NCBI GenBank assembly: GCA_963664525.1
Contig: OY761535.1
Location: 1,295,314 to 1,359,313, forward strand
DNA: 64,000 nucleotides
Source: Arenicellales bacterium
GTDB taxonomy: Bacteria; Pseudomonadota; Gammaproteobacteria; Arenicellales; JAJDZL01
Direction of reading: 5' to 3'
The first letter of the stretch is position 1. Each line of letters begins with the position of its first letter. Of this stretch, positions 16,705 through 25,043 are shown one piece after another. Position numbers and translations under genes: made by a program. The notes beneath the pieces are model-generated. The model worked only from the letters and a program-made list of their open reading frames with translations. It was not told the DNA's origin and searched no databases.

Positions 16705-17709
16705 ATGACAAAATTTGAACAATTACCGCATGAAGAACAATTGGTGCTACTCGAACGAGTTGCGAAAAATGCTGTCGCTCATTATGATTTTCCAACCGAT
16801 TCAACGGTCCAGTTAATCAACCTTTCAGAAAATGCAACCTACCGCGTGGATGATCACCTAGGCGGTAGAAAATGGGCTTTGCGCGTGCATCGAGAAGGTT
16901 ACCACTCCTATCACGCGATCAAGTCAGAACACGCCTGGACGGATGCCTTGCGTGAACAGGCCGGAGTCATCACTCCTGTCATCGTACCTGGCACAGATGG
17001 AGAGAACATTCAGTCTGTTGATGCTGAGGGTATGCCTGGCGGCCCAAGACATGTGGTTACTTTTGATTGGGAATCTGGCGTTGAACCGCCTGAAGACAAT
17101 CTGATCGCCCCGTTTGAACTGCTCGGCAGCGTTTCAGCGCAAATGCACCATCATTCCAAGAGTTGGCAGCGACCGCAATGGTTTGAACGCTACACCTGGG
17201 ATTTCGAAACGAGTATCGGCGACACACCTCACTGGGGCAGATGGCAAGATGGGATGGGCGTTGATGCTTCCCGTCAGCAGTTATTCGGACAAACAGCTGC
17301 TCTAATCAACGACCGACTGAATAGATACGGAAAGAATCCGGACCGCTGGGGGCTTGTCCATTGTGATATTCGTCTGGCAAACTTACTGATCGAAAACGAA
17401 GTCACCAAAGTCATCGACTTTGACGACTGTGGATTCAGTTGGTTTATGTATGACTGTGCGACGGCACTGAGTTTTATTGAAGCTCGCGAAGACGTGCCTG
17501 AATTGATCAAAGCATGGGTAAAAGGCTACCGTTCTGTGATGGAACTTTCTGAAGAGGACGAGGCAGAAATTCCAACTTTTGTCATGCTGCGCCGCTTGTT
17601 GCTGGTCGCCTGGATTGGCTCTCATTCAGAAACTGAACTTGCGCAATCAATGGGCCTGGACTTCACAAAAGAAACGGTAGAACTTTGCGAGCGTTACCTT
17701 TCGAAATGA
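16705..17709 (+). CDS. APH/choline-kinase-fold small-molecule kinase
   Basis: 334 aa with Brenner motif HCDIRLANLL and IDFDDCG. Lies 21 nt downstream of the aminotransferase-fold gene. Confidence 0.8.
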   Translation: MTKFEQLPHEEQLVLLERVAKNAVAHYDFPTDSTVQLINLSENATYRVDDHLGGRKWALRVHREGYHSYHAIKSEHAWTDALREQAGVITPVIVPGTDGENIQSVDAEGMPGGPRHVVTFDWESGVEPPEDNLIAPFELLGSVSAQMHHHSKSWQRPQWFERYTWDFETSIGDTPHWGRWQDGMGVDASRQQLFGQTAALINDRLNRYGKNPDRWGLVHCDIRLANLLIENEVTKVIDFDDCGFSWFMYDCATALSFIEAREDVPELIKAWVKGYRSVMELSEEDEAEIPTFVMLRRLLLVAWIGSHSETELAQSMGLDFTKETVELCERYLSK

Positions 17710-18090
17710 GTTATCGCTAAAAGTGGTGCTACCGGACCAGGTAGACCAGGTCTGTGCCACAGATTCAACTGGGGCATAAGCAGTACTCAACCAGATTAAT
17801 AGTAAAAGTATTTTTCTGCGCATGATATTTTGTAAAACAATCGATTCGAAAGAAAGCCTGATGACGCTATTCGGCTGACTCTTACTTAAACCACCTGAGC
17901 GGTTTGTTAATACAGTGTTCGGACATTGATAATCACTTGGTGAAGCGGGGTTCACAACAGTACGTTTCAGGCAGGCAATGCCCAAGAGTGTTCCAAAAAC
18001 TGGATGCCATTGCGCAACAAATGGCCTACTCCTGATGGAACGAAGAATCGATGCGAATCAGTAATCTGGAGAGTCAGAAATTCCAGTTAT

Positions 18091-19401
18091 TCAAAGGACT
18101 TGCGGTGGTTCCACCGGCAGTGAGCGCAGAAAGTCTCCGAAAGAAGGAATCGGAATCTTGTAGTGATCCAGCATTCCTCGCGCCGGGGCCAGCAATCCAG
18201 CATGCAATGCATTGGTTAAAAACTCGTCAATACTTTCCTCTTTCCTCTTTCGCGCAGTTTCCGTCAGCAGGTCGACCTCATCATACGACAAGGTATCAAC
18301 AAACTCTCCTTCCTTTTTACCTGCCGCCAAGGCTAACCGCTTATACACCCAAGCCCGGTTGGAACCGGCTTCAATTCGTCCCACATAGTAGTCGTTTTTC
18401 CGTTCGGTGCCCTTATCCAGCGCCTGTGCGAGCAGAAGTCTTTCCAATCGACCTTCATTTGTACGTGCTACCCGACCTGCTGCTACACCGATTCGGTTGA
18501 TATGTTGTGGCCACCCCTGAGACAGCTCCGCCAGGGCATTCACCCAGAGTACCTTTTCTTCCTCTGTGCCAGTATAGTAAGTATCTAGCAAGCACCGAAA
18601 GGAACCTGACGCATCGTCCATCGAAAGAGGTTCCAGGTTCACCAACCGCTCATCCGCAAATCGCGACAAACCACACTCACGCAACACCTGCTGGGTGTCG
18701 CTCAAACCGAAAAAGGCTGTCACCAAAGAAATGTTCGAGGGCGGGTTGTGCAGACAGCCTATCACACCTTGAGTGGTGCCCGCTACCGGAGTGTTCTGGG
18801 CTTCATCCACAAATACCACTAGGTGAAACTTTTCAAGCAATGGTGCGCAGTCAGTGAACACCGACTGTGATAGCAGGTTCGAATCCAGGACATTTATAGC
18901 CTCCGGTTTGCCACCCACCGAAATACCCGCTGCTGCAACTCCTCGTTCCGATAATTCCTGACAAAGCTTTCGTCCAAGTTTCAAATACTCTTCCAGCTTT
19001 CCGGCGATTGTGCTTGGCGCTGTCTTTGCAAGTCGTTCACTTTCCGTATTGGCCGCTTGCACGATTATTCTAATGGTCTGTACGGCAGAAATCAGGGTTT
19101 CAGGCCAAATGGAGACAGCGACCCAGGGATCGTCCGGTGTCGAATGACGTTTGACCGCCTCCATACACTCCAGCATCAGCGCAGACTTTCCGGCACCCGG
19201 CGCTCCCTGGAAAATCATTGTGCCGCCACCTACATACCCTGAACGTAGGCTATCTGCCGCATTGCGAAAGACCTCGTACTCGGCATCTCGACCGCAAAAA
19301 AATGGCTCGCGACCCACTTCGGAACGATCGGTTCGCTTCAGCCACGCCTCCTCTGGTGGAGGTTCGGCTGGCGGCGGCTTGGGAAACGGTCTTTGATTCA
19401 T
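18091..19401 (-). CDS. orphan P-loop NTPase (AAA_16/ORC-Cdc6-like ATP-binding protein)
   Basis: 436 aa with a Pro-rich N-terminus, Walker A FQGAPGAGKSAL and Walker B VVFVDEAQN. Monocistronic, next to IS debris. Confidence 0.7.
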   Translation of the reverse strand: MNQRPFPKPPPAEPPPEEAWLKRTDRSEVGREPFFCGRDAEYEVFRNAADSLRSGYVGGGTMIFQGAPGAGKSALMLECMEAVKRHSTPDDPWVAVSIWPETLISAVQTIRIIVQAANTESERLAKTAPSTIAGKLEEYLKLGRKLCQELSERGVAAAGISVGGKPEAINVLDSNLLSQSVFTDCAPLLEKFHLVVFVDEAQNTPVAGTTQGVIGCLHNPPSNISLVTAFFGLSDTQQVLRECGLSRFADERLVNLEPLSMDDASGSFRCLLDTYYTGTEEEKVLWVNALAELSQGWPQHINRIGVAAGRVARTNEGRLERLLLAQALDKGTERKNDYYVGRIEAGSNRAWVYKRLALAAGKKEGEFVDTLSYDEVDLLTETARKRKEESIDEFLTNALHAGLLAPARGMLDHYKIPIPSFGDFLRSLPVEPPQVL

Positions 19402-19623
19402 GTAGATAAATTTAGTCCAAATAATGTTACCAGTCTTCTGCTACCTTTACGCCGATTCCTAAAGTCCCCTGATCTTAATCAATATTGCGCATATGGACAG
19501 CCTATCTGATTGCTATTATATTTTTGGCTATTGCATATTCTTTCCTAATTACCATGAATTATGAGCATGTTTAGTGGCATAATATATCCAATACAAGTGA
19601 TTGATAAATAAAGGTTATATACT

Positions 19624-20231
19624 ATGAAACGAAACCCTGTTCGGTTCCAGGAAAGCCAAGGCCTCAAGGCGTTCCTGGAGCATTACGGTGACGAAGACAA
19701 ATGCTTCGAATCACTGTTCAAATAGCGCTGGCCAAACGGCTTTATCTGCCCCAACTGCAGACACCACAAAAGCTGCCACCTCAACACCCGCAAACTGCGT
19801 CAGTGCTACCGCTGCCATCGCCAGATCTCGCTCGTCGCCGGCACGATCTTTGAATCGAGCAAACTGCCTTTGACCATCTGGTTTCAAGCCATTTACCTTT
19901 TGACCCAGACCAAAAAGGGCATCTCCGCCATGCAGTTGCACCGGCAACTGGGCATTTCCTACAACGCCCGCCTGGCGCATGAAGCGCAAACTGATGCAAG
20001 GTGATGCGAACGCGCAGCAGTGGAAAAACGAAGTTTTATTGGGTCAATACGGTGCTGAGCAATCTCAAGACAGCCTTGCGCAGCAGCGATCACTCCTTTA
20101 ATGCGAAATATGCCCCGCGCGACCTGTCCGAATTCGAGTATCGCTTCAATCGGCGGTACCGCTTGCCGGATTTGATTCCAAAACTGGCTTACGTCGCTTT
20201 GACAACGCCGCCTATGTCTGAAAACTCTTGA
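19624..20231 (+). pseudogene. IS1595-family transposase pseudogene (in-frame stop, frameshift, internal deletion)
   Basis: The N-terminal zinc-ribbon part MKRNPVRFQESQGLKAFLEHYGDEDKCFESLFK*RWPNGFICPNCRHHK..QCYRCHRQ has a TAG after K33. The frame is lost at ..GISYNA. A C-terminal piece (..EFEYRFNRRYRLPDLIPKL) resumes at about 20001 with the DDE core missing. Confidence 0.75.
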
Positions 20232-20385
20232 AACATGGCTTACGATAAATGGTAATAAAGAAATAATTTTCAATGACACTGTTGGCAGTAGGCATTCGTT
20301 CAGTTAACCTTGGTTTAGAAATCATAATCTCGACGATCTCTTAGGCCATCAAACTTGTTGCTTATTTGCTGTAAGATTAGGCTAC

Positions 20386-20682
20386 TTAGTCAAAATCAAT
20401 TCTCTTCAACGCGCTCGTGTCTATCGTCTGTCTCACTTTATACAAGTCGAAACCTTCTTGTAGCGCTAGCCAGCTTTCAGCTGAACTGCCAAGTACTTTA
20501 GAAAGGCGAACCGCCAATTCCGGCGAAATTCCGGACTTGCCGTTCAATAATCGGTTGAATGTACTTCGAGCCACTCCCAACTGATTTGCTACTCCATTCG
20601 AGGTAATTCCCTCAAAAGGTTCGATATACGTACGTAGAATCAATTCTCCAGGATGAGGAGGGTTATTTTGTCGATAACTCAT
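20386..20682 (-). CDS. higA: HigA-type antitoxin (XRE HTH), orphaned
   Basis: 98 aa. Contains HPGELILRTYIEP...GVANQLGVARSTFNRLLNGKSGISPELAVRLSKVLG. Confidence 0.8.
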   Translation of the reverse strand: MSYRQNNPPHPGELILRTYIEPFEGITSNGVANQLGVARSTFNRLLNGKSGISPELAVRLSKVLGSSAESWLALQEGFDLYKVRQTIDTSALKRIDFD

Positions 20683-20754
20683 CAGTGATAGTCCTTATAG
20701 TTCACAGAGTGGGCATCACAACCATCAAACGTAATGAGTAAGTATTCACTTGCC
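20682..20754 (-). pseudogene. 3' fragment of a HigB toxin gene (last ~24 codons only)
   Basis: My minus-strand translation gives KASEYLLITFDGCDAHSVNYKDYH*, with the TGA overlapping the downstream higA ATG (TGATG). Compare the intact HigB C-terminus RICFRFRDGDAFDVEIVDYHK. The frame is closed by a TAG just upstream, at the stop of the neighbouring higA. Confidence 0.55.
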
Positions 20755-21048
20755 TTAAGCCACTATACGCGGACGAATTGCATTTAGAGCATCAACCTCC
20801 TTTGATTTTGCAATCTCAAGTTCATAAAGAGACTGAAGATTGATCCAACTCCTTGCATCGGTATTGAAATATCGCGCTAAACGCAGTGCTGTACTCGCTG
20901 TGATTCCTCGACGACCGAGGACAATATCGTTGATTCGCGTTGGTGTTACTCCAAGCGCATTGGCCAATGCTGTGGCTGAAAGACCAAAAGGTTCCATGAA
21001 CTCGTACTTCAAAATCTCGCCAGGATGAACAGGTTGTAGTTTATTCAT
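20755..21048 (-). CDS. higA: HigA-type antitoxin (XRE HTH)
   Basis: 97 aa. Contains HPGEILKYEFMEPFGLSATALANALGVTPTRINDIVLGRRGITASTALRLARYF. Confidence 0.85.
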   Translation of the reverse strand: MNKLQPVHPGEILKYEFMEPFGLSATALANALGVTPTRINDIVLGRRGITASTALRLARYFNTDARSWINLQSLYELEIAKSKEVDALNAIRPRIVA

Positions 21049-21159
21049 ATTGTCCCTCCATTTTTTTAAGGAACTTGAATATTAAGTCATTGATATAGTT
21101 GTATTAGAAAATATTTATTCTTTGATATAGGCGTTGCCACCATCAATAGCACTGGGGAC

Positions 21160-21441
21160 TTATTTGTGATAATCTACTATTTCCACGTCAAAGGCATCTC
21201 CGTCACGAAAACGAAAACAAATCCTCCATTGATCATTTATCCGAATGCTGTATGAACCCGATCGTTTACCACGTAAAACCTCTAATCGGTTTCCGGGTGG
21301 AATTCGCAAGAATTCAATCGATGTAGCGGCATTCAATAGTGCGAGCTTCCGCTGAGCGACTCGCTCGAAGTTTCGAAAACGCCGTACCCGAATCTGGTTA
21401 GCGAGTCTCTCGGTATCCTTACTACGATAACTCCGAATCAT
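21160..21441 (-). CDS. higB: HigB toxin (RelE/ParE superfamily, 'killer protein')
   Basis: 93 aa. MIRSYRSKDTERL...LRIPPGNRLEVLRGKRSGSYSIRINDQWRICFRFRDGDAFDVEIVDYHK. Confidence 0.85.
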   Translation of the reverse strand: MIRSYRSKDTERLANQIRVRRFRNFERVAQRKLALLNAATSIEFLRIPPGNRLEVLRGKRSGSYSIRINDQWRICFRFRDGDAFDVEIVDYHK

Positions 21442-21450
21442 ATGAAAATT

Positions 21451-21483
21451 ATATCGTATATCGATATTCGATATTCGATATAA
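21451..21483. promoter_or_regulatory. candidate higBA operator (ATATCGATAT-type repeats)
   Basis: ATATCGTATATCGATATTCGATATTCGATATAA lies directly upstream of the higB ATG and contains overlapping palindromic TCGATAT units. Confidence 0.35.
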
Positions 21484-21585
21484 TAATTTGATGCATTTAA
21501 TTTTGTGTATGCTGGTCTACTAAATGGAGAGGAGCGAATACCAAATTGCGTTCCGGGCAGGCGTTGCGAAAAGCGCAAACTAGTG

Positions 21586-21830
21586 TTATGTCTCATTAAT
21601 TCGTTTACAGTAGGTCTTCAACGAATCCAAAATGTCGTCGGCACTTTTTGTCCACACAAAAGGCTTTGGATCCTCATTGTAGATCTCCATATACTGTTTG
21701 ATCGCACTATCCAAATCCCTTGTGTTGTGTCATACGACCCGCGCCGAATTTGTTACCGGGTGATCTCAGCAAACCACCACTCAACCAGATTTAACCAGGA
21801 CGAACTAGCCCGAATATTGCACCAAAAATA
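21586..21830 (-). mobile_element. IS630-family transposase C-terminal remnant (stop plus frameshift)
   Basis: My minus-strand translation gives ..SSSWLNLVEWWFAEITR*QIRRGS.. and then, in another frame, ..RDLDSAIKQYMEIYNEDPKPFVWTKSADDILDSLKTYCKRINET*. This matches the conserved IS630 tail (SWLNxVExWF...NxxPKPFxWT). The 108-aa plus-strand track ORF here is its antisense shadow. Confidence 0.65.
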
Positions 21831-22056
21831 GAAAATGGGTTTAAATTTGGTAAATTGGGTTTAATCCCCCCATTTGCTGAATTAGAATCATCATTCGATG
21901 ATCCAGAAGGACTATAGTCCAACTATTACGGAACTGCCTATCCAGGTTGACTGTTACTATTTCGTGAAGTTACCTGGAAGGTCGACTTTAAATGCGACAG
22001 GAATCCTGATAAACTATTTGAGCACAATTAACCGTCATGAATTTAGAAGGTTTTCA

Positions 22057-22521
22057 ATGTTCCGTATCGATCAAATCAAAAGCGCTGTAATCGTTGTTTT
22101 TTGCCTGCTGACTTTAGTTGCAACACCTTTATATGCTGCAGAAAATCCTGTGTTCACCGGAGGTGGGGAATTTGCCATAAAAGGATATGACAGCGTCGCC
22201 TACCATCTAGAAATGAAGCCGGTCAAGGGGCAAAGCGAATTCACTACTGAATGGAACGGTGCAGTCTGGCGATTCAAAACGGCCGAAAATCGTGACCTGT
22301 TTCAATCAGACCCGGAACGATGGGCTCCAAAATACGGCGGTTACTGCGCTTGGGCAGTTTCAAATAATTACACCGCAAAAACCGACCCCGATGCCTGGTC
22401 AATCGTGGACGATAAACTCTACCTGAACTATAGCCGCAGTGTACGCAGAAAGTGGAGCAAAGACATACCAGGCAACATTGAGCGCGCAGATGCCAACTGG
22501 CCAGAGGTTCTGCAAAAGTAA
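22057..22521 (+). CDS. secreted YHS-domain family protein
   Basis: MFRIDQIKSAVIVVFCLLTLVATPLYA signal peptide, then AIKGYDSVAY...WRF...F..DPERWAPKYGGYCAW. AGAAGG lies 6 nt upstream of the ATG at 22057. The longer track ORF from 21898 is unlikely. Confidence 0.7.
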   Translation: MFRIDQIKSAVIVVFCLLTLVATPLYAAENPVFTGGGEFAIKGYDSVAYHLEMKPVKGQSEFTTEWNGAVWRFKTAENRDLFQSDPERWAPKYGGYCAWAVSNNYTAKTDPDAWSIVDDKLYLNYSRSVRRKWSKDIPGNIERADANWPEVLQK

Positions 22522-22584
22522 ATCAATGCAGAATCGATGAACTGTAGACCGATCGCCGCGTACGGGTTACGGTTTGAGCGATTA

Positions 22585-23214
22585 TTACCAGTCGCGACCT
22601 GAGGTACTCTCGATCATTTGTAAAACGTGATCGAGCGCTATTTGAGTATTTTGCTCAGTCCCGGCGATAAATACACGACCTGATACGCCGAACATTTGGC
22701 AATCTACCAGAACATTTTCTGCGACCGCAGATTCGGCTGCGTTCGCCGCAGCGGCGGCAAAAAGAGCCGGTGCGGTTTCCAGCAGCAGCATTGATTCACC
22801 TGGTAGGATCATTGACGCGTCTCTTTGCCGATTGATAATGACCGAATGCTGATCGCCAACATCAGTCACCAGGTCGGAGTAAAGTACTCTCGGTTTCAAT
22901 TGCGATGCGGCTTCCAATTTGAATCCAGACAATATCGCTTCACCTGCAGCATGCAAATCATCCAATTCAGGGCTGTGTAATTCCAGGATCCCAAACTGTC
23001 TTTCCACATACAAAATACCCGGCTCTATGGTTGGAACCGATTTCAGCGCAAGGTCAATGACGCGGTGAATCGCAAGTGCCGGTGCAATCTCAATAATCAG
23101 TGAGTGCATGCCTTGCAAGGGTACGTAACCGCGCGCTCGAAGTGCAGTCGCCATATAAGCTGCAAACTGCGTCTGCAAATTTTCAATTTGCAGATATACC
23201 CTTAATTCAACCAT
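22585..23214 (-). CDS. tandem BMC-domain shell protein (BMC-T-like)
   Basis: 209 aa, made of two halves with BMC-like patterns: LIIEIAPALAIHRVIDLALKS...ERQFGILELH..AAGEAIL and LLLETAPALFAAAAANAAESA...GVSGRVFIAGTEQNTQIAL. Paralogous to the 202-aa protein at 24435. Last gene of the BMC operon. Confidence 0.7.
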   Translation of the reverse strand: MVELRVYLQIENLQTQFAAYMATALRARGYVPLQGMHSLIIEIAPALAIHRVIDLALKSVPTIEPGILYVERQFGILELHSPELDDLHAAGEAILSGFKLEAASQLKPRVLYSDLVTDVGDQHSVIINRQRDASMILPGESMLLLETAPALFAAAAANAAESAVAENVLVDCQMFGVSGRVFIAGTEQNTQIALDHVLQMIESTSGRDW

Positions 23215-23298
23215 GAAAATCGATCCATCATTAGCGCGAATCGCCCTGGCAAACTATGATTTTGTTTGCCAGCAACGAATAGTCCAGGTAATGGTTGG

Positions 23299-23580
23299 CT
23301 ACTTGCCAGAAGCAACGTCAAATTTCTTGACAACGTCCGCATGTGGTCGCGGGATGACATGAACTGAAACCACTTCACCAACCGAGCCGGCCGCTTCTGC
23401 GCCTGCCTCTGTAGCGGCCTTTACCGCACCGACATCTCCGCGAACCAGTACAGAGACAAGCCCCGCACCTACCTGTTCTTTGGTGACGATTTCTACGTTC
23501 GCGGCTTTTACCATAGCATCGGCAGCAGTGAATGCTCCGACGTAGCCACGAGTTTCAATAAATCCAATTGCGTTTGACAT
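23299..23580 (-). CDS. BMC-H hexameric shell protein (PduA/CcmK-like)
   Basis: 93 aa with the canonical sequence [29 protein letters not shown]...[27 protein letters not shown]...VHVIPRPH. Confidence 0.9.
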   Translation of the reverse strand: MSNAIGFIETRGYVGAFTAADAMVKAANVEIVTKEQVGAGLVSVLVRGDVGAVKAATEAGAEAAGSVGEVVSVHVIPRPHADVVKKFDVASGK

Positions 23581-23621
23581 GACTATTCTCCAGTTACAAA
23601 CAATTGTTTTAAAAATTAACC

Positions 23622-23888
23622 CTAGTTTTTGCTGTTCGTATTTTCATCGACGATACCGATCACCAATGCGTCAACTACAGCGTTTCCTGACTTGAACCAA
23701 CCTTTGGCAACCGAACCTTGAGAAACAATGACTTGCTCCCCAGCGCCTGCGCCCAGTGGGTCGTAAGCCAAAATTCGTTCGGCGACTTTCCCGTCTTCGA
23801 TCAAATCGATTTCCAAAAGTGCGCCTCTTGGTAACTCATCCAGTCTGCGGGTCGCCCAAATTTTTCCAATTACAGTGCCTACTTTCAT
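23622..23888 (-). CDS. BMC-P pentameric vertex protein (EutN/CcmL family)
   Basis: 88 aa. [29 protein letters not shown]...[16 protein letters not shown]...[10 protein letters not shown]. Confidence 0.9.
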   Translation of the reverse strand: MKVGTVIGKIWATRRLDELPRGALLEIDLIEDGKVAERILAYDPLGAGAGEQVIVSQGSVAKGWFKSGNAVVDALVIGIVDENTNSKN

Positions 23889-23890
23889 GG

Positions 23891-24430
23891 TTACTGCCTC
23901 ACTATTTCAATTTTCAACTGACGCGCCCGATCCTTTGCGAGTGGCGTCAGAATCACGCCTTTTGCGATTTCAATTCGCTGATGGGTTTTTGATAACGCCA
24001 GTACCTTAGATTCAACCAATACACCAGATTCAATGCGACCGTTGCATGGTGCAGTATCTGCTGACTTTTTTGAGTCAATCGTTATCGATTGACTTGTTTT
24101 TCTATCAGGTACTCGTTTTGAGTTTGCCGAGCCCGGCTGCGTCAAGGCTTTGAATTTCAGCCGGCCTGCCCCAATGAGCCCAGCGACGTGCTGGTCCTTG
24201 AGACACTTGGTAAGGTCTTGGACAAATTCGTTCACTTTCTTGTCAGAACTTAAATCTACCGCTACTGCAGTTTTGCCGTTTGACTGCGCTGACTCTAATA
24301 GTTGTTTCATCAATCTGCAGTTTGTTGGTGGCGCAGTATTGACTTGGCTTTGCGGACTAGGCAGCGCCTCAAGCAGCGCTTCACGAACCGCTCGACGAAT
24401 CTCTTCTCTTGAATAGGCCAGTTCACTCAC
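23891..24430 (-). CDS. BMC-operon protein of unknown function with an N-terminal amphipathic (encapsulation-peptide-like) helix
   Basis: I place the start at the GTG at 24430, 4 nt after the upstream stop, with GAGGA about 9 nt upstream. The N-terminus is SELAYSREEIRRAVREALLEAL followed by a Pro/Ser/Gln linker. The C-terminus is GVILTPLAKDRARQLKIEIVRQ. The stop lies 2 nt before the BMC-P ATG. Confidence 0.6.
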   Translation of the reverse strand: MSELAYSREEIRRAVREALLEALPSPQSQVNTAPPTNCRLMKQLLESAQSNGKTAVAVDLSSDKKVNEFVQDLTKCLKDQHVAGLIGAGRLKFKALTQPGSANSKRVPDRKTSQSITIDSKKSADTAPCNGRIESGVLVESKVLALSKTHQRIEIAKGVILTPLAKDRARQLKIEIVRQ

Positions 24431-24434
24431 CGCT

Positions 24435-25043
24435 TTACATCCTCGCTTCCAGCGCCTCTTCTGCAGCTCGAGCGGCCGAGCGTACATCGCTTTCAGGACC
24501 GCTAAGATAAACGCGCCCTGTCGCCCCAATCATCCGGTAATCCACGACCTTGATGTCGGCTGCTTTTTCAGCTTCATTAACAGCCAAAATGCTGTAAGAT
24601 GCCGGCTGCATTTCAAACACGAACAGCGATTCACCTGGCAAAACCATAGATCCTAATTTGTTGCGATTAATGAGAAACGCATGGTAATCATCGACTCGTT
24701 TGACAATCGTGGATGCCAGAATTTCAGGAGCAAGCGCATCAGATGGACTCGCATTCAACGTTTCCATCACCGCTTCACCCCCTGCAACCACATCTGCAGT
24801 GTGCTCCGAATGAAACTCAAGATAGCCAAACTGGCGCTCAACAACGAGAATCCCTGGCTTGACATTGACATTCTTCAATGCGATGTCGGTGATTCTTTCA
24901 ATGTGAAGACCTGGCACGACTTCAATGACCATAGCCGCCATATTCGATTTGGGTAAGTAGCCGCGAATCCAACTGCCCAAATAACACATCGTTTTGGGCT
25001 GAAGTTGGTCAATAAAGATGTAGGAACGAATTTCAGCCATCAC
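24435..25043 (-). CDS. tandem BMC-domain shell protein (BMC-T-like)
   Basis: 202 aa. VIEVVPGLHIERITDIALKNVNVKPGILVVERQFGYLEFHS..VVAGGEAVM, then a second half FVFEMQPASYSILAVNEAEKAADIKVV..GATGRVYLSGPESDVRSAARAA. The ATG overlaps the AldDH stop (TGATG). Confidence 0.7.
   Translation of the reverse strand: MMAEIRSYIFIDQLQPKTMCYLGSWIRGYLPKSNMAAMVIEVVPGLHIERITDIALKNVNVKPGILVVERQFGYLEFHSEHTADVVAGGEAVMETLNASPSDALAPEILASTIVKRVDDYHAFLINRNKLGSMVLPGESLFVFEMQPASYSILAVNEAEKAADIKVVDYRMIGATGRVYLSGPESDVRSAARAAEEALEARM

Noticed and set aside
17647-17985. 112-aa minus-strand ORF overlapping the kinase 3' end
   Set aside because: It has no recognisable motif and overlaps the end of a well-supported gene. It lies in the junction region of the mobile mosaic, so it is probably non-coding. 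A faint recombinase-like string (..GHLLRNGIQFLEH..) near 18000 was too weak to call.
18091-20231. A GC-content shift as evidence that the ATPase/IS1595 segment is foreign
   Set aside because: I hand-counted G+C in 60-nt samples. The counts were 36 at 19141-19200, 33 at 18661-18720 and 31 at 18301-18360, against 31 at 7021-7080 and 31 at 50161-50220. The difference is too small and the samples too few. Proper windowed GC and k-mer analysis is needed.
21505-21831. 108-aa plus-strand ORF
   Set aside because: It is the antisense shadow of the IS630 transposase remnant. The minus strand gives recognisable IS630 C-terminal sequence.
23891-24529. 212-aa version of the BMC-operon unknown protein, starting at 24529
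   Set aside because: It would overlap the upstream shell gene by 95 nt. A GTG at 24430 with a GAGGA Shine-Dalgarno lies 4 nt after that gene's stop, matching the tight coupling seen elsewhere in the operon.
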